A DNA stretch of 64,000 nt. It comes from a virus (taxonomy: Duplodnaviria; Heunggongvirae; Uroviricota; Caudoviricetes). The DNA lies in the IMG/VR virus record IMGVR_UViG_3300037280_000066, positions 54,061 to 118,060 of that record; one strand, written 5' to 3'. Position numbers and translations under genes: made by a program. Below are positions 1 through 10,220 of the stretch, one piece after another. Numbering within the stretch: the first letter of the stretch is position 1; each line of letters opens with the position of its first letter. Below the pieces are notes generated by a model. The model worked only from the letters and a program-made list of their open reading frames with translations, was not told the origin of the DNA and made no database searches.

Positions 1-711
1 TCTAAACCAATAGAGAAACCATATAACCCAATAGATGTTTTCACAAGTGTTCTATCAAGAAGTTATGATTATAACGCTACATTAAAGGTTTATGATGAAA
101 AGATGTTGAAGCCATTTATAAATCTTCCTAATATATGGTGGTTAAAAGAAGGTATACCTCCTAACATTCAGGAGAAGTTTAAATTAGGGTATTGTCCACA
201 AAGTCATAGGATTACTATTCCTCAAAGGTATTGGTGTGGAGGGGAAAATGATTATATTGGATGCAAAGGAAGAACAATTTTTGAAGAGTGGGAATTACTA
301 GGCATACCTAAATTTTCAGCTTTAGTAAAGTTCTCTAAGACACTTAATGTTTATGGCTTACAGGAGAACTATGAAGCCATTCAAAAAGCAGGAGAGGTTA
401 TTGTATTTGAAGCTGAGAAATCAGTCCTTAAAATGGCATCATGGGGCTATAATAATGCAGTAGCTATTTCAGGACATGAATTATCTATTGAGCAAATAAA
501 AATATTGATAGGTTTAGATGTAGATATTGTTATTGCATATGATAAAGATATAACTGAGGGATTTATCAAAGAAGCCTGTGGACATTTTACAAAAATGAGA
601 AGAACCAGTTACATATTTGATAGAGATGATGTTTTAGATAATAAAATGAGTCCTGTAGATAAACGTAAAAGAACCTTTGACTTCTTATATAAACATAGAA
701 TAGCAATTTGA
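1..711 (+). CDS. DNA primase, C-terminal TOPRIM part (5'-truncated by window edge)
   Basis: Frame 1 is open from base 1 into the 103..711 ORF. TOPRIM motifs VIVFEAEKS and VIAYDKD. Sits directly upstream of the nuclease and DnaE. Confidence 0.85.
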   Translation, partial: SKPIEKPYNPIDVFTSVLSRSYDYNATLKVYDEKMLKPFINLPNIWWLKEGIPPNIQEKFKLGYCPQSHRITIPQRYWCGGENDYIGCKGRTIFEEWELLGIPKFSALVKFSKTLNVYGLQENYEAIQKAGEVIVFEAEKSVLKMASWGYNNAVAISGHELSIEQIKILIGLDVDIVIAYDKDITEGFIKEACGHFTKMRRTSYIFDRDDVLDNKMSPVDKRKRTFDFLYKHRIAI

Positions 712-735
712 CTTTTGAAGAATCTATGATATAAT
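708..735 (+). promoter_or_regulatory. sigmaA-type promoter for the nuclease-dnaE-recD2 genes
   Basis: TTGACT (708-713), 16-nt spacer, TG-N-TATAAT (730-735), then RBS AAGGAG before ATG 772. Confidence 0.7.
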
Positions 736-771
736 TAAAATGTAAACCAAAATAATATAAGGAGTAAAAAT

Positions 772-1926
772 ATGGCTAGAAAAACACATGAAGAAATAGA
801 AGCGTTAAAGAAAAAGCTCAATACATCTCGTATTTGGAGTTTTTCGAGAATAAATGCATTCATAAATTGCAGTTATTCTTATTATATGAAATATGTAAAA
901 CGTGAGAAAGAAAAAGAAAATAACATCTATGGCTTGCTTGGAGGACAGTTTCATGATATACTTGAAAAGTTCTACAAGAAAGAAATCAGTTATGAACAAA
1001 TGATTGAGGATGCAGAGATTGCCATAATAAATGTTAGTGTTTTGGAAATGAAATTTGATAAAAATGATAGTCAAAAGAATGAAGGTATTGAAAATAAATA
1101 CTTTGAATGTATGAAACATTTTTTCATGAATCATGTTCCAGTACAGTCAAAAGTATTATGTGAAAAGGAAATTGTAATCAAGATAGGAAACCATTATTTC
1201 CAAGGTTACATAGATGCTATTCACAGAGAAGGTGACACCTACATAATAACGGACTATAAAAGTAGCACAATTTATGCAGGAAAGAAAATATTACAAGAAG
1301 GTAGACAACTTATGCTTTATGCTCTAGGGCTACATCAACAAGGAATTCCTGTTGATAAAATTAAGATAAGATGGAACTTTCTAAAATATAATGCCTTGAC
1401 ATTTACACAAAAGAATGGTAAAGTAAAGACAATGAATGCCGAGAGATTTGCTTGGGCAGGAAAACTTAAGAGTCAGTTGAGAATGAATCTCAAAGATACT
1501 AAACAGTCTACAGAGGACGAAATAGAAGGACTCCTAACCCAATGCATGGAATTGAATTCAATACATATTTTACCGAAAGAAATTCAAGACAAATATCAAT
1601 TTGCAGACTGCTATGTTGAAATTCCATTAGATGAAGAAACTCTTGCAAATTTAGAAAAAGAATTTACTGCTACAATACTTGATATCTATAAGAGAGAAAA
1701 GGATTTTGAAGATACAAAAAATCTAGACTTATGGAAAAAAGAGGTTGATGTAGGTTGCTTCTATTTCTGCTCAAACATTTGTGGATATACAGCAGGGCAA
1801 TGTCATTGCTATAGAGAGTTCCTAAGTAATGCAGATATATTTAAGAGTGATAATAATAAAAGAATTCAAGCAAAAGATGATGTAGGTGATGATGATGCTT
1901 GGATGCGTGAATTAGGGCTGATATAA
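772..1926 (+). CDS. PD-(D/E)XK exonuclease, Cas4/AddB/RecB-like, with probable Fe-S cysteines
   Basis: WSFSRINAFINC, GGQFHDILE, GYIDAI...ITDYKSS motifs, plus a C-terminal Cys cluster CFYFCSNICG...C. Confidence 0.8.
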   Translation: MARKTHEEIEALKKKLNTSRIWSFSRINAFINCSYSYYMKYVKREKEKENNIYGLLGGQFHDILEKFYKKEISYEQMIEDAEIAIINVSVLEMKFDKNDSQKNEGIENKYFECMKHFFMNHVPVQSKVLCEKEIVIKIGNHYFQGYIDAIHREGDTYIITDYKSSTIYAGKKILQEGRQLMLYALGLHQQGIPVDKIKIRWNFLKYNALTFTQKNGKVKTMNAERFAWAGKLKSQLRMNLKDTKQSTEDEIEGLLTQCMELNSIHILPKEIQDKYQFADCYVEIPLDEETLANLEKEFTATILDIYKREKDFEDTKNLDLWKKEVDVGCFYFCSNICGYTAGQCHCYREFLSNADIFKSDNNKRIQAKDDVGDDDAWMRELGLI

Positions 1927-1944
1927 TAAGGGAGGAAAGACCAG

Positions 1945-4900
1945 ATGATATTGTATGAAAACTATCATAAACATACTCATTTCTCCAATATTTTTACACC
2001 TGACAGTGCAGTTACTGTTAAGGATTATGTGAAAAGATGTTTAGAATTAGGACATAAGGTTCTTTCAAGTATGGAACATGGCTTCCAAGGAAGATATTAT
2101 GAAGTTTATGAATTAGCAAAGAAGAATGATTTAAAATTCATATTTGGGGCAGAAGCATATTGGGTTAAAGATAGACATGAGAAAGATAATACAAATGCCC
2201 ATATCTGCCTATTTGCTAAAACTGAAAAGGGTAGAAGAGAAATTAATAGAATTCTATCTGATGCAAATATTGATGGTTATTACTACAAACCAAGGGTGGA
2301 CTTAGATTTACTTCTAAGTCTTACTCCTAGTGAAGTATTTATAACTACAGCATGTGTAGCATTTTGGCATTATGAAGACATAGAAGATATAGTACTTCAA
2401 TTACATAACCACTTCAAAGAAAGTATGATGCTTGAAGTTCAATATCATAATACACCTTCTCAAAAGACTCTTAATCAGAGAATTTTAAGATTGAGTAATA
2501 CATATGGTATTGAGATGATTATGGGATGTGATAGTCATTATATTACTCCTGACCAACATCAGGGCAGAGCAGATGTTCTTGAAGCAAAAGGTATTAGGTA
2601 TGATGAAGAAGATGGATGGTTTATGGATTATCCTGATGGAGATACTGCCTTTCAAAGATTCATTGACCAAAAGATTTTATCAAAGCAACAAATATTAAGA
2701 GCTATGGAAAACACTCATATCTTCTTAGGATTTGATAACCTTGAATTTAATAAAGATATTAAGCTTCCAACATTATATCCTGATAAGACACAGGCAGAAA
2801 AGGATAAAATTTACATAGATATTATTCTTAAGGAATGGAAAGAGTTTTCAAAAACTATTCCTGTAGAAGCCCATGCTATGTATAAAGCAGAAATTCAAAA
2901 AGAAGTTAGAACCATTATAAATACAAAAATGGCAGATTACTTCTTAATTGACCATGAGATTGTTAAAGAAGCACAAAAAATGGGTGGAATCATCACCAAT
3001 ACTGGTAGAGGTTCAGGGGTATCATACTTCACCAACACACTTTTAGGATTCTCTAAGGTTGATAGAATTTCATCACCTGTTAAACTTTATCCTGAAAGGT
3101 TTATATCAGAATCTAGAATCTTGGAAACTAAATCATTACCAGACTTAGATTTGAACTGTGGAAATCCAGAAATTTTTGCCCTCGCTCAGACCAAAGTTTT
3201 AGGAGAAGGTCATAGTTACCCTATGATAGCTTTTGGAACGTTTAAGAAGCTCTCAGCGTTCAAACTTTATGCTAAGTCTCAAAAGTTATCTTTTGATTTA
3301 GCAAATGAAATAACAAAACAGATTGAAAAGTATGAAGATGAATATAAATATGCAGATGATGATGAAAAAGACTTGATTGATATTTATGATTTCATTGAAC
3401 CAGAATATCATCACATTTATGCAGGTTCTGAGAAGTATACAGGTATTATTGCTTCTAAGTCACCTCACCCTTGTGGTTATTTAATATACCAAGGTAATAT
3501 CAAAGAAGAGCTTGGCTTAATGCTTGTTAAGAGTGAATCTACCAAGAAAGAAACTCTTGTTACTGTTATTGATGGTGGTATTGCAGAAGAATATAAGTTC
3601 TTAAAGAATGACTTACTTAAAGTTGACGTAGTTCTCTTAACAGACCTTATATATAAAAGGATAGGTGTTAAACCTCATACAGTTAATGAACTCCTTGACC
3701 TTGTAAGGAATGATGAAAAGGTTTGGGATATATATAAGAATGGTTGGACAATGGGTATTAATCAATGTGAGAAGTTATCTACAACTAACAAAGTTAAGAG
3801 ATATCAACCTAGAAACCCATCTGAGTTAACTGCCTTTATTGCAGGTATTAGACCATCATTCAAAAGTATGTATTCTATATTTGAATCTAGAGAACCATTC
3901 TCTTATGGTATTCATAGCTTTGATGATATTATTGTAACTGAGGAAATGCCTAATTCATTTGTTTTATATCAAGAACAGACTATGGCAACACTTGCCTATG
4001 CAGGTTTCTCTGTTGATGAAACTTATGGAATCATTAAAGCAATATCCAAGAAAAAACCTGCTGTAGTTAAACCATTGCAGGAGAGGTTTATCAAAGGCTT
4101 TACTGAAAAGATTATGGCTAATGAGAAAGTTACATATGAAGAAGCCTTAGAAATGAGCCAGAGAGTTTGGCAAATTGTTGAAGATAGTAGTGGATATGGT
4201 TTCAACGCTTCTCATGCTTACAGTTATGCTCTTGATTCATTATACTGTGCTTACTTAAAGGCTTACTATCCAATGGAATTCTATGAAGTAATGCTTGAAG
4301 TATATTCAGATAAAGGTAATAAAAAGAAGGTATCTAAGTTCAAACAGGAAATGGAACAGGCATTTGATATCAAAGTAGGAGAATTGAAGTTTGGTAAAAA
4401 CAACAAAGGTTTTGTTGTTGATATGGAAGCTAATACAATTAATGAATCAATGCTTTCTGTTAAGTATCTGAACCAACAATGTTCAGAAGACTTATACATA
4501 TTAGGACAAAACCAATATGAATCATTTACTGATGTTCTTATGGATGTTGCATACAAAACAGGTGTTAATGCTAGGCAGTTATCAATCTTGATTAAATTGA
4601 ATTACTTTTCTGCATTTGGCAATAACAAGAAGTTGTTAGATTTTGTTGAATGGTTCAATGTGTTTTATAAAGCTAAGACCATTAATAAAGAGAAATATGC
4701 AGATAACCAATTCATATTAGATACAATTACTGCACATTCAAAACAAACAGATAAGCAATTTAAAGAGTTAGATAATGTCCAGATTTTAAAAAAGATATGG
4801 GATACAATAGAGAATAAGAAGATTAAACTGTCAGAGCAAGCAGGATTTGAAGCAGAATATCTAGGATATGTTCAAGTTAAAGAACCTGCAATTTCAAAGG

Positions 4901-5157
4901 ATTTCTATATTGTAGTAGAAATGAAATTTAGCAAAAACAAGCTAAGACCCTTCTTAACACTACATAATGTAATGTCAGGTAAAACAGTTGTTATGAGGAT
5001 AAAAGATGATAAACTGTTTGCTGAAAGGAAGTTCAAGGAATTTGATGTATTAAAACTTAATAATTTTGCACCAGAAAGAAAGAGTAAAAGAATTAATGGA
5101 AAATATGTAACAATTTCAGAAACAGAGCTTGTAATTTCTAGTTACTTTGTGGTATAA
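1945..5157 (+). CDS. dnaE: DNA polymerase III alpha subunit (DnaE-type, PHP domain)
   Basis: PHP motifs HKHTHFS, EHG, GAEAY, DSHY. GRGSG, catalytic PDLD and KNDLL, SPHPCG, YGFNASHAYSYA. Confidence 0.95.
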   Translation: MILYENYHKHTHFSNIFTPDSAVTVKDYVKRCLELGHKVLSSMEHGFQGRYYEVYELAKKNDLKFIFGAEAYWVKDRHEKDNTNAHICLFAKTEKGRREINRILSDANIDGYYYKPRVDLDLLLSLTPSEVFITTACVAFWHYEDIEDIVLQLHNHFKESMMLEVQYHNTPSQKTLNQRILRLSNTYGIEMIMGCDSHYITPDQHQGRADVLEAKGIRYDEEDGWFMDYPDGDTAFQRFIDQKILSKQQILRAMENTHIFLGFDNLEFNKDIKLPTLYPDKTQAEKDKIYIDIILKEWKEFSKTIPVEAHAMYKAEIQKEVRTIINTKMADYFLIDHEIVKEAQKMGGIITNTGRGSGVSYFTNTLLGFSKVDRISSPVKLYPERFISESRILETKSLPDLDLNCGNPEIFALAQTKVLGEGHSYPMIAFGTFKKLSAFKLYAKSQKLSFDLANEITKQIEKYEDEYKYADDDEKDLIDIYDFIEPEYHHIYAGSEKYTGIIASKSPHPCGYLIYQGNIKEELGLMLVKSESTKKETLVTVIDGGIAEEYKFLKNDLLKVDVVLLTDLIYKRIGVKPHTVNELLDLVRNDEKVWDIYKNGWTMGINQCEKLSTTNKVKRYQPRNPSELTAFIAGIRPSFKSMYSIFESREPFSYGIHSFDDIIVTEEMPNSFVLYQEQTMATLAYAGFSVDETYGIIKAISKKKPAVVKPLQERFIKGFTEKIMANEKVTYEEALEMSQRVWQIVEDSSGYGFNASHAYSYALDSLYCAYLKAYYPMEFYEVMLEVYSDKGNKKKVSKFKQEMEQAFDIKVGELKFGKNNKGFVVDMEANTINESMLSVKYLNQQCSEDLYILGQNQYESFTDVLMDVAYKTGVNARQLSILIKLNYFSAFGNNKKLLDFVEWFNVFYKAKTINKEKYADNQFILDTITAHSKQTDKQFKELDNVQILKKIWDTIENKKIKLSEQAGFEAEYLGYVQVKEPAISKDFYIVVEMKFSKNKLRPFLTLHNVMSGKTVVMRIKDDKLFAERKFKEFDVLKLNNFAPERKSKRINGKYVTISETELVISSYFVV

Positions 5158-5191
5158 TGATAATGTTAAATAAATAAGAAGGAGTGGAAAA

Positions 5192-7444
5192 ATGGCAGAT
5201 ATATTAATAAAAGGAGTTGTACGAGTTGTTGTAGTAAAGTTTCTTAAAAACGGCTTCGGTATCTTAATGGTAACTCCTGTTTTGATGGAACAGAATGATA
5301 CATATTCTTCCCCAACTGTTGATAAATATAATATATTTACAATAAAGGGTAATGTGCCAGATGCAGAAGTCGGAGAAACTTTTAACTTGCAAGCAAAGGA
5401 GATAAATGACCCTAATTGGGGATTACAGTATACTGTAATGTTTATGAATTCAGATGTTGAATTATCTACTCAGGAAGACCAGAAAATATTCTTAAGCAGA
5501 ATATGTACTCCCAAACAATTAGATGCTCTTTATGAAGCATTTGAGAACCCTTTAGAAGTTATTAAGAATGAAGAAATTGAAAAACTCACAAGTATAAAGG
5601 GTTTGGGAGTAACATTAGCATTAAAACTCATAAGTAAATATAAGGCAACCATTGATTATTCCTGTGCTTATGTTGAGTTGAATTCTTTAGGCATAACAGA
5701 TAAAATGATAAAAAAACTCTGTGATGTTTATAAATCACCTGACATACTTGTTCAGAAATACAAAGAGAATCCATACATAATTTGTGGTGTTGATGGTATT
5801 GGATTTAAAAAAGCAGATGATTATGCTTTAAAGTATGGGGTAGCACCAGATGCACCAGAAAGAATCATAGCATACATCAATTATTACTTAGAAACAGAAG
5901 CACAAAGAGGTAACTCTTGGGTACATTCTAAGCATTTAATTGAAGCATTTGAAAAAGATTGTGGTGTTATAGATAGAAAAGTTACTGGATTATGTGCCTT
6001 ATCAATGAAAAATTTGTGGTGGAGTCCTGATAAAAAAAGAGTTGGGTTAATGAAATATCGCATTCTTGAACAAAAGATTGCAGAAGAGTTAATGAGATTA
6101 CATACAGCACCTAACACATTCTCTTATCCTAATTGGGAAGAAATTATTACCCAAACTGAAAAGAGTGTTGGGTTTGAGTATACAGATGAACAAAAAGATG
6201 GTGTAAAACTAGTTCTTGACAACTGTGTATCATGTGTAACAGGGCTTGGAGGTACAGGTAAAACCACTGTAACTAAAGCAATGGTTCAAATACTTAATAC
6301 ATATCATTTTGCTCAATGTGCATTAAGTGGAAAAGCTTCACAGCGTATGTTTGAAGTTACTGGTTATGAAGGGTTCACTATCCATAGACTCTTAGGTTAT
6401 GAATTAGGTCAATTTGCTTACAATAAATACAATCAATTACCTTATGATATTATCATTCTTGATGAAACATCAATGTTAGGTGGAGAATTGTTCCTAGATT
6501 TGATTGAAGCAATACCTACAGGCTCAAAACTAATCATACTTGGTGACTCAGGGCAGTTAAGTTCAATTGGAGCTTGTAATGTATTTCATGACTTGTTAAC
6601 AAATGGCACAATACCTTGTGTTAAACTAACTAAAATACATAGACAAGCACAAAAAAGTGCTATCATCACTGAATCAATCAATGTAAGAAAACAGCGTGAA
6701 CTGTTTCCAAGAAACTATGTTGGCAAAAAGATTTTAGGAGAATTGCAGGATTTAGAATTTGATATCTATAAAGACAATACAGAGAGTGCAAAAAGGATAT
6801 TGATGCAATTCAAAGAAAAATTACCAACAGTTGAAAGCATTCTTGATATTCAGGTGTTAGTTGCTCAAAAAACCAGAGGGGATATCTGTACATACAGATT
6901 AAACAATGCAATTCAAAAGATGTATAACCCTGATGGAGAAAATGAAATAGAACTGGCTATATCTAAAGAAATGAAGTATAAAGTATCAGAAGGTGATAAG
7001 GTAATCAATACAGTTAACAATTATCAAACTATCAGTATTTCAGGGAAAATCATACCAGTATATAATGGTAATATTGGTATTGTTGAGAGAATTAATAAAG
7101 AAGATGAACTAATGGTTATTAATTTTGAAGGTATTGGCAGACTGCTTATCACAAAAGAAAACTGGTCAAGTATTCAATTGGGTTATGCTATTACTACTCA
7201 TAAATATCAAGGTTCACAGGCTCATACTGTTATCATTGGACTTGATTACTCTGCGTTTATGTCTCTATCTTGTGAGTGGTTATATACTGCCATAACTAGA
7301 GCAAGTAAGTATTGTGTATTAGTAGGTGAAAATAAAGCTATTGCATATGCCATAACACAAACAAAAACACCAATAAAACAGACCTTTCTATGTGAAATTT
7401 TACAGAGTTTACAGGAAAAGGAATGTCAGAATTTGCATGTATAA
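5192..7444 (+). CDS. recD2: RecD2-like SF1B helicase (RecD/TraA family)
   Basis: N-terminal OB/HhH region (SIKGLG, GVDGIGFKKAD), Walker A GLGGTGKT, LDETSM, GDSGQL, IHRQA, YAITTHKYQGSQ, LYTAITRA. Confidence 0.92.
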   Translation: MADILIKGVVRVVVVKFLKNGFGILMVTPVLMEQNDTYSSPTVDKYNIFTIKGNVPDAEVGETFNLQAKEINDPNWGLQYTVMFMNSDVELSTQEDQKIFLSRICTPKQLDALYEAFENPLEVIKNEEIEKLTSIKGLGVTLALKLISKYKATIDYSCAYVELNSLGITDKMIKKLCDVYKSPDILVQKYKENPYIICGVDGIGFKKADDYALKYGVAPDAPERIIAYINYYLETEAQRGNSWVHSKHLIEAFEKDCGVIDRKVTGLCALSMKNLWWSPDKKRVGLMKYRILEQKIAEELMRLHTAPNTFSYPNWEEIITQTEKSVGFEYTDEQKDGVKLVLDNCVSCVTGLGGTGKTTVTKAMVQILNTYHFAQCALSGKASQRMFEVTGYEGFTIHRLLGYELGQFAYNKYNQLPYDIIILDETSMLGGELFLDLIEAIPTGSKLIILGDSGQLSSIGACNVFHDLLTNGTIPCVKLTKIHRQAQKSAIITESINVRKQRELFPRNYVGKKILGELQDLEFDIYKDNTESAKRILMQFKEKLPTVESILDIQVLVAQKTRGDICTYRLNNAIQKMYNPDGENEIELAISKEMKYKVSEGDKVINTVNNYQTISISGKIIPVYNGNIGIVERINKEDELMVINFEGIGRLLITKENWSSIQLGYAITTHKYQGSQAHTVIIGLDYSAFMSLSCEWLYTAITRASKYCVLVGENKAIAYAITQTKTPIKQTFLCEILQSLQEKECQNLHV

Positions 7445-7462
7445 AAACCGTTTTACATATCA

Positions 7463-7491
7463 TTGACAAAATCAAAACGGCATGATATAAT
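7463..7491 (+). promoter_or_regulatory. consensus sigmaA promoter upstream of the nrdJ operon
   Basis: TTGACA (7463-7468), 17-nt spacer, TG-N-TATAAT (7486-7491). Confidence 0.85.
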
Positions 7492-7553
7492 GGACTTGTA
7501 GGGAAGTAAAACTACAGGTTCATTTTTTTATTTATAAGGGGGTGAAAAAGGTA

Positions 7554-7625
7554 GTGAAGAAAAGGAAGAAAGAACAATATAAAATCGAAAAAGGGAAACC
7601 GAAAGACTATGAGGGGATATTATGA
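7554..7625 (+). CDS. putative 23-aa basic small protein (MKKRKKEQYKIEKGKPKDYEGIL)
   Basis: RBS-like AAGGGGGTG, GTG start, stop overlapping the next ATG (ATGA at 7622-7625). Too short for the ORF track. Confidence 0.4.
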   Translation: MKKRKKEQYKIEKGKPKDYEGIL

Positions 7626-7807
7626 GAAATAACAAAAACGCAAATCAAAAAGTTAGATTTGAACGTAAAAGAAAACCATGCAATACATATGAAGGAGTTA
7701 TTTTATTTGAAGACCATGAATCTTGCACAGTAGGTGTAAATTTTGAAGGCACAGAAGCCACAATCACTTTATATTATGATGAATGGCGAATTATAAAAGA
7801 ACTATAA
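7622..7807 (+). CDS. hypothetical protein (61 aa)
   Basis: ORF with GAGGGG RBS inside the operon. Confidence 0.6.
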   Translation: MRNNKNANQKVRFERKRKPCNTYEGVILFEDHESCTVGVNFEGTEATITLYYDEWRIIKEL

Positions 7808-7832
7808 AAATACACCTATAAGGAGGAAATAC

Positions 7833-10178
7833 ATGGAAGTAAAAAAGAGAGATGGCAGGATAGTTGAATTCAATGAGAAGAGAATTATTGATGCCATTGA
7901 TAAAGCAGGAACAGAGACAATGGTTGGAATGGACTTCGAATTATCAAGAAGAATTGCCAAATCAATCAAAAAAGAATTGTCTGAGTTGGGGGAAATTCAA
8001 ACAGTTGAACAAATACATGATATGGTTGAAGCCAAATTAATGAGTAGTAATAGAAAAGACATTGCAAAGAAATACATAATTTATAGGGAAAACAGAAATG
8101 TAGTACGCACAAAAGACTCTAGATTTAAAATCTTAGATGATGATTTCATTAGCAAGTACAAGAAGATGCCTAACCCAATGAAGCCATTAGGAGAATTCGT
8201 ATATTACAGAACGTATTCAAGATGGATGCCAGAAGCAAAAAGAAGAGAGTATTGGTGGGAAACAGTAAGAAGAGCAGTTGAGTTTAATTGTTCACTGGAT
8301 TCAACAATAACAAAGGAAGAAGCGTATCTATTATATGATAATATGTTTCACTTAAAACAATTCTTATCAGGAAGAACAATGTGGGTAGGATTAACAGATG
8401 TATCAATGGAATATGGAATATCAAATTTTAATTGTGCGTTTACAATAATAGATGATTTTTGCAAGTTCAGGGAAATATTTTATACTCTTATGGTAGGAAC
8501 TGGTGTTGGTTTTAGAGTTTTGAAATCAGATGTTGCTAAATTACCAATGATTAAAACGAAATTCAATATTGTCCATGACACATACCAACCTGTACCAAAA
8601 GTTAGAAGAGAAGATAATAGTTCCATCACTTTTATGAAGTCAGTTGCAGAAATTGTAGTGGGAGATAGCAAAGAAGGATGGTCACAAGCAATAGATTTAT
8701 TCCTGAAAGTGTTATATGAGAATGATTATAAAAAGGTTGATACCATTGTCATTAACTATAACAACGTAAGACCAAAAGGTGAGAAACTTAAAAGATTTGG
8801 TGGCACTGCATCAGGACATGAATCATTGAAGAATATGTTTGAAAAAGTAGCTCAAGTTCTGAACAGACTAGGTAAGGAACAAGATGCTGAAAAATGTAAA
8901 CTTAGACCAATTCATTGCTTAGATATTGCTAATATAATTGGTGAAAATGTTGTTGTTGGTGGAGTTAGAAGAACAGCAGAGGTTGGACTAATTGGAGCAG
9001 ATGATAAAGAGTGTATTGAAGCAAAAGCAGGTCTTTATTATCAGGATGAATTTGACAACTGGATTGAGAATAAAGCCATCTCACATAGAAAAATGAGCAA
9101 TAATTCAATCTTCTATTTTGAGAAACCAACTAGGGAACAGTTACATTGGCAAATTCAACAAATGAGATATTCAGGAGAACCTGCTTTCGTTAATGTTGAA
9201 TCAGCAAGAAAAAGAAGAGCAGATTTTGAAGGTGTAAATCCTTGTGTTGAAGTACTTTTAAGAGATAGAGGTTTATGTAATCTAACAACTATTGTGGTAA
9301 TGTCATTTGTAAAAAATGGAATACTTGATAAAAAGGCATTATTCGAAGCACAAAGGTTATCAGCAAAAGCAGGAGTTAGAATGACCTGTCTGAATTTAGA
9401 ATTACACAAATGGAATCAGACACAAGCAGAGGACAGATTGATTGGTTGTAGTTTAACTGGATGGCAAGATGCAATGAATGCCATTGGATATGACTTAGCA
9501 CAACAGGAAGCTTTATTAAGAGAATTACATGAAGTGGCAAATGTTGAAGCTAAAAAGTATGCTATAGAACTTGGAATACCAGAACCAAAACTTGTATGTA
9601 CTGTTAAGCCAGAAGGAACACAATCACAAGTTGCAGGAGTTTCAAGTGGAGTTCATTGGTCAGAATCACCTTGGTTTGTTAGAAGAATCAGAGTTAATGC
9701 TCATGACCCATTGATAAAAGTTTGTGAAGAACTTGGATATCCTATATTCCCTGAGAATGGTCAAGATTGGGAAACATGTACTACAAAAGTTGTAGAGTTC
9801 CCTGTGAAGTCTCCAATAGGAAAGACCAAGTATGATGTAACAGCAATTGAGCAATTAGAAACATATTTGATGTTCCAGAGAAGTTATACAGACCATAATA
9901 CTTCTATCACAGTACATGTGAGAAATCATGAATGGGAATTGGTAGAACAATGGATGTGGGACAATTGGGATGATGTAGTAGCAGTTTCATTCTTATCATT
10001 AGAGGATAATTTTTATCCACTGTTGCCATATGAAGCCATTACTGAGGAAGAGTATACTAAGAGAGTAAATGAAATGAAGCCATTCATTCCTTCATTAATA
10101 TCTAAGTATGAAATTGAAGAAGTTGAAATTGATATAGGTGCTAGTGAGTGTATTGGTGGGGTTTGTCCAATAAGGTAG
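7833..10178 (+). CDS. nrdJ: class II (adenosylcobalamin-dependent) ribonucleotide reductase with N-terminal ATP cone
   Basis: ATP cone VKKRDGRIVEF, YYRTYSR, NCAF, LMVGTGVG, GGVRRTA, catalytic NPCVE, TVKPEGT, C-terminal redox pair CIGGVCPIR. Confidence 0.95.
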   Translation: MEVKKRDGRIVEFNEKRIIDAIDKAGTETMVGMDFELSRRIAKSIKKELSELGEIQTVEQIHDMVEAKLMSSNRKDIAKKYIIYRENRNVVRTKDSRFKILDDDFISKYKKMPNPMKPLGEFVYYRTYSRWMPEAKRREYWWETVRRAVEFNCSLDSTITKEEAYLLYDNMFHLKQFLSGRTMWVGLTDVSMEYGISNFNCAFTIIDDFCKFREIFYTLMVGTGVGFRVLKSDVAKLPMIKTKFNIVHDTYQPVPKVRREDNSSITFMKSVAEIVVGDSKEGWSQAIDLFLKVLYENDYKKVDTIVINYNNVRPKGEKLKRFGGTASGHESLKNMFEKVAQVLNRLGKEQDAEKCKLRPIHCLDIANIIGENVVVGGVRRTAEVGLIGADDKECIEAKAGLYYQDEFDNWIENKAISHRKMSNNSIFYFEKPTREQLHWQIQQMRYSGEPAFVNVESARKRRADFEGVNPCVEVLLRDRGLCNLTTIVVMSFVKNGILDKKALFEAQRLSAKAGVRMTCLNLELHKWNQTQAEDRLIGCSLTGWQDAMNAIGYDLAQQEALLRELHEVANVEAKKYAIELGIPEPKLVCTVKPEGTQSQVAGVSSGVHWSESPWFVRRIRVNAHDPLIKVCEELGYPIFPENGQDWETCTTKVVEFPVKSPIGKTKYDVTAIEQLETYLMFQRSYTDHNTSITVHVRNHEWELVEQWMWDNWDDVVAVSFLSLEDNFYPLLPYEAITEEEYTKRVNEMKPFIPSLISKYEIEEVEIDIGASECIGGVCPIR

Positions 10179-10220
10179 GGTGTGAAATATCACCCTCAAA
10201 AATTTCAAAGGAGAATGATG

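Noticed and set aside
805-9854. Short - strand ORFs inside the nuclease, dnaE, recD2 and nrdJ genes
   Set aside because: Fully nested antisense to well-supported genes, with no motifs.
1945-10178. Inteins or introns in dnaE, recD2 or nrdJ
   Set aside because: Lengths are normal and the ORFs are uninterrupted, with no intein or homing-endonuclease motifs.
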